Below are positions 1 through 11,108 of a stretch of DNA of 64,000 nt, piece after piece. This DNA comes from Penicillus capitatus. Taxonomy: Eukaryota; Plantae; Chlorophyta. The stretch's first letter is position 1, and every line of letters starts with the position of its first letter. The stretch lies in the NCBI GenBank assembly GCA_965649825.1, contig OZ287708.1, positions 89,101 to 153,100 of the forward strand, given 5' to 3'. A model generated the notes under the pieces. The model made no database searches. It was not told where the DNA came from and saw only the letters and a program-made list of their open reading frames with translations. The position numbers and the translations under genes are program-made.

Positions 1-65
1 CGCACGTACAAACATCATGTTGCTACATCAAACACAACGATCCCACCGTTCTCCAAGGCAACTTT

Positions 66-2054
66 ATGCAGCGCGTATCGGAAGAGATTGAATTCGACTC
101 TGTTTCGGACGTCTACTATGTCCAACGGCAAAGCTGGGCAGTATGTCACGTTCTTTTCCGTTGCTCACTCTCATATCTCCTCAACAGGTTGCCCAGCACT
201 ACACTCTTCACAGAGTCATCGGCAGCGGCAGTTTTTCCTGTGTCTGTCTTGCGACCTCCAAGATTACGAATGAGAAGGTTTGGCTGCAGAGTAATGTCAG
301 GAAGGTGGCTGTCTTGAGAGAGCGTGCATGCAGGTCGCGTTAAAACGCATTCCAGATGTGCTTCAGAGTACCGAGAATGCCAAAAAGGTTCTCAGAGAGC
401 TGTGCATTCTTCGTCGACTCTCGCATCCCTACTGCATTTCTGTCAAGCATGCCTTTGTCATGCCTTCTGACACAGGTCACTGCATTGCCTTGTTTAACGA
501 GGGTGTGTGCTGGATGCGTGGGGTGCAGGAGCTTGGAAATTGCGAGGGGGTGAGCTGGTTCCTTGCTCGATCGATTTGTACTTAGCTATGGAATACGCTG
601 GAGGAGGTGATTTACATAAACTGAGAGGCCAGCTCTCGGAGCACGATGTCCGACGCTTGATGTGGCAGATTTTGACAGCCGTGGAGTATCTGCATTCCCA
701 GAATGTCTGGCATCGAGATCTGAAGTCTGCTAACGTGTTGCTGACAGTGGAGAATGGACAGCGAGTCTGTAAGATCGCAGATTTTGGATCAGCACGATCT
801 GCTGTTTCGCATCCTTTGTTGAGAGAGTCTGGTCTGTCAAAAAGACAGAGCTCATGCAGTATTACCAATATGGATGAGGCCATTGCACGTTCATTGAAGA
901 CAGTGGACCAGTCCTTGACACGTGCTGTGTGCACCCCCTGTTATCGTGCTCCTGAAGTGGTCATGTCTCGTGGGGGATACACCAGTGCTTTGGACATGTG
1001 GTCTGTTGGCTGTATCTTCGCCGAGCTTCTTCAGCGGATCTCTTACGTGGGATCTGCTTCCACTCCGCAACTGAAGGTGTCTCCTGTCTTTTGCGTGACA
1101 GGATTTCCAAAGACACCGTTGAGTGGAGAACACTACGAAGCTGGACCTGGAAACCCTACCACACGTTCTGAACTCGAGGCGCTGTTTCAAGTCATCGGCA
1201 CGCCTGCCTGGGCCTGCATTGAGGCAGTGGATTCGACGGCATGGAAGAGATACCTGCGAAATCTGCCTCTGAAAGCGGGCACACTCCATCGACGGTTTGG
1301 CTACGCCGGTGAAGTGGCAGTGGACCTCTTGACTCGATTGCTGACCTTTGATCCAAGTCGAAGGTGTTCGGCACGAGAAGCCATGCTGCATGAATACTTA
1401 AAAGAATTTTGGTGCCCCTCGAAGGATGCAGTGTCTCTGTCAGAGGATGGAGAATTCACATCGACCTCTTCCCTTTTTGAGCCAGTGGATGATATGGAAG
1501 ACGATCTGCCAGCAAACAACATCATTACCTCGCATTACCACGAACTCGAGAACCCTTCAAAGGCATTGAAGGCGTTGGAAGAAGAGATGGTACAGATCTG
1601 CAGTGATAAGAAAGGATGCGATCAGCTTCAGTCTCTTCTCGAGAAGGAATGCGAACTCTTGGCAGAATCTCAATCCCGAAAACTGGGAGCCGCGATATCT
1701 GGAAAGTACGGCGATGTCACAGAAGCTCTTGCCAGAAAATGTATGAGAGAAGGACCGTCTGAATTTGCAAAGCTCTTGGAGGAAGGCCTGGTCGCGGATC
1801 CAAACTGTGACAAATCCATGACGCCAGAGAGTTTTGGCCCGGGTCGTTTGCCTCACGTGGCAGATTTTTCAAAGGCGCATCTCGACGTGGAAAAACATTT
1901 AGCAGTAGGACGGCAGCAGGAATGGACAGTGACATCTGGATGTGGACCGATTACCGTGAACTATTGGGGAGTGAGTCTCGTTCCGCCTGGATCCGATGAA
2001 GCAACGATGGATCCAGAGATGAAGAAGATCATCCGCAGCCAGCAGTTGAGATAG
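66..2054 (+). CDS. Atypical MAPK-like (CMGC) Ser/Thr kinase, 4 exons
   Basis: GT-AG introns 141-187, 278-333 and 476-528 join the frames into one kinase: IGSGSFS Gly loop, VALKRI, HRDLKSAN, KIADFG, YRAPE, DMWSVGCIFAELL, DLLTRLLTFDPSRR. The activation segment reads LTRAVCTPCYRAPE with no TxY. Confidence 0.9.
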
Positions 2055-2887
2055 AGCCACGCTTTTGAACACACCGTCCACAGATCCGTGGGACACTGGA
2101 GGAAAAGACCACACGATTCTTTCAACGGCAATTTTACATGTCTATACACAAGCACAAGCTTTAGCAGGGGGATGATGACCTGCTACGAACCCTACTGCAA
2201 AGGCGACGAACAGCGTCGTTGTACAACTATCTTGTATGGTGAAACTAGAGTGACTTCGTGCCCTGTTTGTTAATCTGGATGCTGTTTTGGATTTCTTTGA
2301 CCCTACCGAATTCTGTGGTCTGACCGGACATTGTACTTCATTGCGTCTATGTCGCGGAGTTTCCTAGTCTGTACAACAAACAACATAGCTGTTGATAATA
2401 CATCTCAAGACTCAGTCTGTAAGAGTTTAGTGAAAGAGCGAGCATGAATCTCAACTTCTCAGACATGCATAGATTTTGAAAAACTGTTCGAAAAGAGATG
2501 ATGATTTCAGTGGGTGAAAGGTCCAGTTATTGACAGCTGCTCATTTGGTGTTTTAGTGCATAGCCCCATGCGGGATAGGCAGGAATACTGTCTTCAGATT
2601 TTGAATCCGATCTCGTGGTCTCTAACTCTTTCTTGACAGAGAACGGCAATGCTGAAGTTTGTGGCCGAAAAGTGCACTGCATTAATTCGGACGCCTGTAT
2701 ACAACACTTAAACGAAAATCGCGTGCGTCACGCACTTACCTCTCGCTCTTCCATTGCCTTGCGTTCCTTTCGTCGTTTTTCTTCCTGTTTGACGCGAATC
2801 GATTCCATATACGCTTTTGGATCTCGCAGATTGAGCCTCGATCGAACCTGAGTCGACAACCTGAGCAGTTGTTGTTAAGGTATGCCT

Positions 2888-5800
2888 TCAACCTGATCGT
2901 TCTTGTTCAGTTTGGGCTTGAAGGTGAGATGCATTTGGAGCTTCATTTCGTTCTCTAGCCTCTGACTTTCCTAAGGCGGAAGAATCTGCAGCGCGATGTG
3001 ACCCTTCACACTCGAAACGGACTTTCAGCATCTCCGTCTTTTCGGATCTCTTGACTAGATCCTCCAACGTCCGTCGCCGCATTCGTTGTGCTCGACGGGT
3101 GATGCGCGGACGGAAACTGTCGCCTTTATCGCTATTCTGACTGGACACACTCTGCAACCTGTCACATCATTGATTCGTTGAACGGTGGCACAAGGACCAT
3201 ACCTGTGATATTTAAAGGAAGAGGAGCGCTTCTCCGCCGACGCTGGGCAATCCGACGAGGCAGAACAGAAAGAAAACAGCGATCCAGTATCGCACTTGGC
3301 AGCCCTGAACTGATCCTTCTTGTCCTTAAGGATCTTCTTCGTTCCCGGAGAAAGCTAAGAGACAATTCTCAGTCGCTGTCCAATTCATGGTCGACGGTTA
3401 AGTTTTCTCTACCCGAAAGGGCTGTCCTTTCTTCTCTCTGAGCGCATTAATTTTCTGTTCTTTTACGCGGATATGGTCCTCCTGTCTAGAAGCCAGAATC
3501 CGATGGATTGCTGGGCTAGGGTCGGCGATCGAAAGGTGTTTACCTCTTTAGGAATTCCGAGAAGTTGACGGTGCTCATTAAACGAACGGAACCTGCGTAC
3601 TGTGTCAGCTGATAGTGCTCTGTATCTGTCGTTGTGCGTTTTCTCCCCGTCTCTGCGCCGTTCTCTGAATCGCTGGCAACATCGCCGCGGGCTTTGTCGA
3701 ATCGGCGTTCCTCTAACGGGGACGGACCGCCGCCTTCCTGCAGCGATAGTCGTTGGAAGAGAGTGCTGAACAATTCTTCGTTCGTCGTCTGAGCGCGATT
3801 ATGATCCAATTCCCCATTCTCCCCATTCCCCACAATCTCTCCACTCTCAGCAACTACAAAGACAGCAAACACGTTAGCGCTTCCGACGGTGTCATAAGCA
3901 AAAAGAAGAAGAATGAACAACGCACCAGTCTTTGCTGCGACACTGCTGTCGGTAGGATCGTGCACGTCCATCTCTTTCGACATCTCCGCTTTCTTTGCAG
4001 TCGCATCGTCTGTCTCATGCACGTCTTCTTCGGCGAATCTCAATACGCTGAATGGGCAGTCTCTGGAATGGCACGACTGAGATTCTATGCTCGACGCACC
4101 TGCTGTCAGTCAGATTCCAGAAAGAACCGTGTCGCGTTCTGCTTGGCGCAGTCCAGGTGCGACGGACATTCGTCTTTGGATGAAATGTACACTCCTCGAC
4201 GCCTGAATGCCGCAACGGCAACGATGCCTGAAAAGCACCTGACGCGAATTTACCGGTTGGCAGCGGCCGCATCTTTGAGGAGGCGTTCCGACGATGGGCA
4301 TTCGTCGCCTGAAGAGTATTACCGTAGACCTTGGCCGGCAGAGGTCGTGGTCGCGGCGATGACTCGCGCATCGCCCGTTGTTCTTCAGAAATGCACTGCT
4401 CAGCTCTTTGATGCTTCTTTGTGTGAATCTCCTGCGCTTTTTTGTATAACCGTAGACAAGCCTTGTCGACTGTAGACAGCGGAACGCATTCATCTCCATC
4501 CACCTCGTCTTCTTCGCTCCTCTCCTGCAAAGATAGGTCACCACTGCCGAGGAACGCAGTATCAAGCTTTGTTTACTTTCGTTTTCGACAGCGACATGTC
4601 TGGCCGAAAACTGCATTCCTTCAGATGGTCCATGTCTCTCGTTTTCTGGGCCTCTTCGATTTTGAAATCACTTTCTCTGCGCCAGGCGCAGTTCCGATCG
4701 TAGACGGCCGTCAAATCCGCCGGATTGAGATGCCGAATCGCTGCGAACCGTCGCGAAACCCTGGCCTGGAGTTTTGTCAAATCTGGATTCTCCTGCACTT
4801 CGAAAGCCGAACATCGACTCGGTGCCTGCGTAGGATGAAGAGATGTCCAATACATCGACTCTAGGGCGTTGTCATCTCCTGCAAGCCGTGCGAGGCATCG
4901 ATGCGGCGTCGACCCAATGCAAAAAACCTGATACGGCTGTGCCGCTGAGATCAAAATGATCATCCGTCGGAAGAAACGGACACTGAAAGGTATCCCGATT
5001 CGACGAGACATTCGCGGCGTCGCTGCTCGCAATAGTCTCCGCCGCAGTGATCGCTTTTGCTCGCTTGTACAGTCTCTCGTCGACGTCCTTCGGAATCTTC
5101 TCCCCGAGTTCTTTGTCCAATCCGAGCAGCTCCTCTTCCAGTGCCTGTCCTTTTAGCCTCGCAACAAGAGCGCAAAGGGCATTATGCCTCTTGCCTTTTC
5201 TGTCTGCATAATGTTCCGCAGATCTTGCTCGCTCATCACCGGCGGCGGCGAGGCGTAGCGATCGAAGGCTCTTTCAGCACGAGCGACGACGAAATCATCA
5301 GCCATGTCTGAATCGGACAGCATGTCGATAAGCTCTTGCGATGCTTGTTTCGCCGAAGAACAACTGTCCGCAGTGTCCGCATACGGAAGAGCGCTTTCCG
5401 CTGTTATTTCTTCAAAGGTCTCCTTCGCAGAGGTCATCCTCGAACGTGCGAAATCTGGATCCTCCTTCTGCAACAGACACGAGACAGCAATCGCCAACGC
5501 CACAAGTGCGAGACACGAGGTGCTAAAGGTGAGCGGGCGGGTGTACTCACAGAGAAGCTCTGCGTGCTCAACGATTTCACGAGTTGTTGGACTTGATCTG
5601 GTGGAAGCTCCTCGGTCGTGTCCCTCGGAAAAGACACAGATCCACTTGTCATGTTCACCGACTGCTTTCTTGGCGTCATCTCAGACAGCGTCGACGCAAG
5701 GTGCTCTTCCTTCGTTGCGCTTTCGTCTGCCGCCTCCTCGCTTTCGCTAACAACGACGGTTGTCGATATCTCTCCCGTCGGCGTCCGATCCGCAATTCTC

Positions 5801-6111
5801 TCCGGCGAATCCAACGTCTCTCGCAGTTCGTATTTTGGCGAAGAATCGCTCAGAAAAGGGACGAATTCCAGGAAATTCTCGTCGGACTGCAGCAACGCAT
5901 CTGTGACGCGCCGATTCGTCGATGGTGACAAGTTGACCTCGTTGTCGTCCGCGTTGCAAAGAGTGGTGGTCTCCTCCTGCTTCGACATCGGCTCTGTTCC
6001 TGCGCAGCTCGGCGTCTGGTGTATTTCACGTTCGAATTCCGAATCGCATCGCGCCGAAATGGCTGCGGCAACTTTGCGTTCGTCATCGTCGTGTTGAGGA
6101 TGACTTGACAT
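2888..6111 (-). CDS. Hypothetical multi-exon, low-complexity charged protein with repeated RLYKxA and ECxFxP motifs
   Basis: A chain of minus-strand ORFs (5434-6339, 5153-5503, 4872-5120, 4562-5032, 4015-4530, 3540-4043, 2888-3157) overlaps in register. Motifs include ERLYKRAK, RLYKKAQ, ECSFRPDM and ECTFHPKTN. Start and exon boundaries are approximate. Confidence 0.55.
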
Positions 6112-6591
6112 TTCTGGCTTTGACTGCGTTTCGGTGGATTCAGTAATCTTCTGCCGCTTGCCAAATCTCCTAAAGGAATGCTGCAGACCAGCGAATGTTC
6201 CTCGGCGGCGCGTCACTTTTTCTCCACAACCATCTATCTCACAAGCACATAACAGTCGCCACAAAACAATCATTAGCAGAAAAGCAAGAAACAGCAAAGA
6301 ACAATAAAAACAGGCACGGCGCGATAGGAGCCGGGTCAAGCACAGTGTCTGTGCGTTCGTTGCACTGGCTCACCGATCGAGGTCGACAGAAAGAGATCGC
6401 TTTACTTACCCTGTCGCAGGCACCTCATAGACAGCAAGCGGCACGGTACGCCGTTCCGAGGGCGACCCTTCTGCCTTTATTGGAAAAAACGAACGACGTG
6501 GCCGACTCTACAATCGAGGCGAACGACAACGACGACATCTTCGTTACACAGATGGGCAAACGATGCGACACGTCTGTCATATCGACCGATC

Positions 6592-7501
6592 TCAGATAAT
6601 GCCAATCTTGTTCGCAACATCCAAGGCATCGGCTTCGCTCGATAACCTGCAGTCCATGGTGGGTGGGTCTTCCACCAGAGAGAGGAGGCAAGGAGTGCGT
6701 GATAGATACCTGACATATGCTTTCTTCTTTCCGTCTGGTCGAATGAGCGTGTTCACTTTCTGCACCTTGATGTCATACATCTTGTCCACGGCGCGCTTGA
6801 TTTGGGGTTTCTTCGCTCGGACATCGACAATAAACGCCTAACAGCAGGAGGAATATGATTCGATCAAGTATGGCCATCGGGATGCTGGATGCGGTCAGCG
6901 AACAGAACATCATCACAGAATTCAGATTCTGCCTTATCAACGAATGAACATAGATCATCTTTCCGCAGCTGTCCGTTGCAGCACTGTGGCACTCAGAATC
7001 GTGTAGGCATCATCGGTTATCAGATTTGCTCGATTGGCCATCAGTGTGCTACTCGTGAAGAGGACAGACGGCGAATCGCGGATACTCTGTCAGCAGGGGG
7101 CGCATACCAGTGTATTGTGATCTTCAATCTTCTTCATGGCAGATTCGGTGGTGAGTGGATACTTCAGAATGGCAAAGTGATCCAAAGCCGTCGATCGGCC
7201 AAAACTGAACCGGGCAACTGGTGTTTCGTTTGTAGGATGCAGTCATCAGGAGCACCTCTTCTTGGCGTATTTTGGATTTTTCTTCATTTGAAGTGGCTTT
7301 TTGCGTGTGAATCGAAGAGAGAAGTATTTCTTTTTCTTCTTAACGTGCGTTCCGTGCTTCGCTGCATCTGCCGCCACGCGTGCCTTTTCCCTCTGACCCG
7401 ATTTCTTCACTCCTGGTCGCACCGTAACAGATCTCGATGCCGACACGACCGAATAACAGGCAGAAAGTGTGACCAAATGTGTTACCTTTTTTAGGAGCCA
7501 T
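6592..7501 (-). CDS. RPL23A: 60S ribosomal protein L23a (uL23), 5 exons
   Basis: Spliced product: MAPKK-GVKKSG...[44 protein letters not shown]...[33 protein letters not shown]. Introns are 73, 51, 270 (6838-7107) and 63 (6647-6709) nt. Confidence 0.97.
6891..6966 (-). ncRNA. Box C/D snoRNA (intronic, 3' member of pair); probable 18S rRNA 2'-O-methylation guide
   Basis: Minus strand: GCGG stem, AAA bulge, GAUGA (box C) ... CUGA (D') ... GUGAUGA (perfect C') ... CUGA (D), CCGC stem. The D' guide (plus 6927-6941, TTCTGCCTTATCAAC) matches the conserved 18S segment UUCUGCCCUAUCAAC at 14/15. Confidence 0.82.
6989..7049 (-). ncRNA. Box C/D snoRNA (intronic, 5' member of pair); target not identified
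   Basis: Minus strand: GCAC stem, ACU bulge, GAUGG (C-like) ... CUGA (D') ... AUGAUGC (C'-like) ... CUGA (D), GUGC stem. K-turn geometry is the same as the neighbouring snoRNA. Confidence 0.65.
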
Positions 7502-7986
7502 TGTGATCCGCGACTCTCTCGATGGATCGAACAAACGACTCGATTTTCGCCGCCAAACGAACTGGTAATAATGTTCTCATTAGAAGTCCATTTCATCTGT
7601 CCCATCGGCATCTCGATTGCCTGCATCAGCAATGCTGTTGCTACCGTGCCTCCTCTTTCTAAGATGGGGATCTAAAGTGGCATGATCATATTTTGTGAAA
7701 TCGATTGCTTTGCAAGATGCGATGACAAAACCGTGAGCTGCTTGAAGCACGTCTCAGCGCAATGACGCTCGATGATGTGTTGGCATGTGCCTCCTGCAAG
7801 AATGCTGCTGTCTCTAGAGTCAAGATGCATTCCGGTCTATTCTACAGGGTGTCTTGAGCATATGATCCATCCGTGCAGGACTCTACATTCGACAAGACAA
7901 CAGTACAAACGTCACATCATCATTTACCGCAAAGCCATTTGACGTGTCATTGGTTGCCGTTTACACCCAGCGAACTCCGTGCAAAC

Positions 7987-9082
7987 ATGTTTGGCTTCGA
8001 CCGATTCAGAGGAAGCAACTTTGAAGCGCGTTACCGAGCTTTTCCCGTTGCCTTTTTGGACAAAACCTCGGCAGAGGAAGGCGACAAAGTCATCCTGCCA
8101 CCCTCAGCGCTGGACCGACTCATCTCGTTACACATCGACTATCCTATGCTTTTCAAAGTGGAAAATCAAGCGAGTGAACGCACGACGCATTGTGGCGTCT
8201 TGGAGTTCACTGCCGACGAGGGACGCGTCTATTTGCCCTTCTGGATGATGGAAAACCTCCTTCTGAGGGAGGGAGACATTGTCGAGTTCAAGAATGCCTC
8301 ACTGCCAAAGGGCACCTATGTGAAACTTCAACCTGTCACATCCGACTTCTTGAATATTACGAACCCGAAAGCCGTTCTGGAGAAAACGCTCAGAAGCTAC
8401 TCCTGTCTGACAACGGGTGCGATGATGACAGTTATTTGATGGACTGAGATTTGTGAATGCATGTATAGGCGATGTTATTGTACTGAACTACAACAATCGT
8501 CGGTATGAGATCGAGATACGGGAGACGAAGCCGGGTGATGCCATCTCCGTGATCGAGACCGACTGCAATGTGGATTTTGAGGCGCCCAAAGACTATGTGC
8601 CACCTGTTCCTCAGGCTGCGCCGTCTCTTCCTAAACGGGAGGAGAAGACGGAAGAGGAGGCAACTGAGCCAGAAGCCGACCCCGATTCATTCCTGGCGTT
8701 TTCAGGAGCTGCTCAGAGACTGGACGGAAAATCAGTGTCCGCCGGCGGAGATCCTGTAAGAGTGCCACTCTACACTGGATTGACAAGATATCCGCCGCCG
8801 GATGAAAAGAAACCTGTTAAGAAGGAGAGCAACGGTAAGAATGGCAAGAATGGGAAATTCGTTTTGGGAAGCGGCAATCGACTGTTGGACAAACTGCAGA
8901 AGGATGGGAAGTTGCCAGGATCGCAGCCAGACACAAATCCATCCGCCTCTGCATCGTCGTCCGCAACATCATCTGCCAAACCGGATACCGATCCGTCAAA
9001 GAAGGAGGGCGATGACGAAGATTCCAAGAAAGATCAATCTGCATTCAAGGCATTCAGTGGAAAAGGTTTCTCGTTGAAATGA
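7987..9082 (+). CDS. UFD1: Ubiquitin fusion degradation protein 1 (p97/CDC48 cofactor), 2 exons
   Basis: GDKVILPPSALDRL, YPMLF, THCGVLEFTADEG, KGTYVKLQP, NPKAVLE; intron 8417-8468; C-terminal SHP-box-like FxAFSG motifs. Confidence 0.95.
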
Positions 9083-9289
9083 CCCACGAATCTCGTTGGT
9101 CTGTATTTGTGAGTGGCGGTTGTGGCGGTTGTGCTTTGAACGGCATATGACGACGACCCTCTGTGAAAATTCTTAGTAGATTTTTAGCACATAAAACGGA
9201 ATCTCACAAATCGCGGCAGCAAAGAATCGAATGGTTAAAATACGCAGACGGACTCGCATTGTCTGGTGATGATTCAGCAAATGGTGCAT

Positions 9290-10257
9290 CTAGGATGTCA
9301 GACGTGGTGTGGTTAGACTGGCCGCCATTGCCCATTCCTGTTGACCATTTTCCACAGCTTCTTCCGTGACTGTCTGATTCTCCAGCCACTGCTGTCTGCG
9401 CTTCTCGGCCTTAGCTCCGATCGCTTGTCCTCCAATGGCAGCAGCAATGGTGAAGGCAATGGCGTAAGGTGGCATGACAATTGCCTTGCGAAGCATCGCG
9501 ATGAATGGAATGGTGGCATGGACGACCAGAAACCACTGAGGTGAAAACTTTCGGGTGTGTTCACGCAACATGCCAAAAGGAATATTTAAGAGCGTCGATG
9601 CCATAGCCACAGCCATGAGCTTGATTTCGATCGATTCGGGACGTAGGGCACGGACCATAGAATTCTTAGCCAGAGCGGCCCGTATCATGACGATCGGTTT
9701 TGGGCAGTGATAGCGTTGACTCATGACAGCTGTTGCCAATGGACCTAGAATGCGTCGCATGGGACACTGTCCACTTGTGCTCCCACCAACGGTCGATCCA
9801 TGGCTCTGTGCATGAGAGAGATCTTTGCGAGATGATGGTTTCTGCGGCTTCTTCTTTTCGCCTCCGAATCTGAAAGGGTTAAAATCGCTCTACAGCACAG
9901 CCACGTCTATATATGGGTTTAAAGGGTAGACGGTACCCAGAAAGCAGAAAGACTGATGCTTGCGACAGGTAGAGTTTTGGCAACATGGATGCGCGGCGCG
10001 GCTTTGCATGTAGAGACCTGACGCGGTACGCGATTCTTTAGAGGCAGAATCCCGTCCTCTCCGTGGAACAGCGAGAAATTGGTGGCGACGTTTTGGAGTT
10101 TTTGGAGCGGCATCGAGTCGCCGGTCGCGGTATTCTCTGTCTTGGAGAAGTTTTCGGCGACGTTACGAGCGAAGCTCTCGCCTTCGGTCATAGCCAAGGC
10201 TTGCAGAAAAGGACATTTCTTGATACTGTCGCCCACGGGATCGAACATGGGAAACAT
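9290..10257 (-). CDS. Conserved green-lineage protein similar to Arabidopsis NHR2A/NHR2B
   Basis: N-terminal KCPFL. C-terminal LNIPFGMLREHTRKFSPQWFLVVHATIPFIAMLRKAIVMP...GQAIGAKAE matches the family signature REHTxKFSxxWFxxVHAxxPFIAMLRK as recalled. One intron near 9888-9936. Confidence 0.75.
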
Positions 10258-11108
10258 GACGAAGTGTTAAGGACAAAAAGCGGATCGCGTGTTGAATAAG
10301 AACTCAGAATGGATTCGCAGTAGGAATCGCGTCATGCAACTTCTTGTCATTGTTGACGATGCCATCACATGCTAAGAATGACGCGGATGGGACACCTGCT
10401 CCAGAATAACGCGTTTGGACAAGACAGCTTCTGCCACGAACGAACTAAGACGAAAACGTCGTTCTTGAGAATGTGTCGCTGGGGGTGTATCTGCAAAGCG
10501 CCTTTCCTTTGAGCTTTTGCTTTTCATCATCTTGTTACTAAATCTAGGTATGTAGTGGGATAAGAGGAAGGGTCCATCTGTGACAATGATGTCACAGCCT
10601 TGCTATTCTTGGGAGTGAAGAGGGAGGGAATGTGATTGGTGGCAGCAGTCGCCGTCCACTCATCTGTTCGCTTTCTTGATACGACGTCGACGTCTATGAC
10701 AAGATGGATGGTGTTGCCAGCTGTGTCCCCACAACTCGCTTTTACATCTTTAAGAAAATTTCGACCCGCGTAATCACTTTACACACTAAAGGGAGCCTCT
10801 CTCCATCGTCGTCTTCTCCGTCAGCGGGCGGTATGTCGATGGCAGGCTTTTCAGAACAGTTTCGAGAAGGGTTGGCAGCAATGGACTAGAAAACAGAAGT
10901 TCGTTTCGATGTTCTATTTACTCATCAAGTTTCGTTAGTCGGGTCAACGAGGCTATCTTGACATTCTTTTCTCTGCTATCGCTCTTTTGAAACGTCGCCT
11001 TTTGAAACCAAACCAATACAATGGCAAAAGTGCTCTGTCACTCCAGTAGTCTATGCGTTCTGATGATCCTTGTTCAACTTGAAGGTTCGTCAGCGCGAGA
11101 CGCGCAAA

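Noticed and set aside
6112-6339. Hydrophobic N-terminal extension of ORF 5434-6339 suggesting a signal or TM segment
   Set aside because: It starts at a non-ATG codon and reads like the reverse complement of an A-rich UTR/promoter. ATG 6111 is the more plausible start.
8417-8468. ATGATGA ... CTGA inside the UFD1 intron, resembling C and D boxes
   Set aside because: The boxes are under 20 nt apart in a normal 52-nt intron with no terminal stem, which is too short for a snoRNA.
9113-9134. Short tandem GTGGCGGTT repeat after the UFD1 stop
   Set aside because: Only about two copies; trivial.
10578-10597. 8-bp inverted repeat CTGTGACA-ATGA-TGTCACAG in the NHR2-like/SFI1 divergent region
   Set aside because: Single occurrence, expected by chance in 64 kb, and no matching known site.
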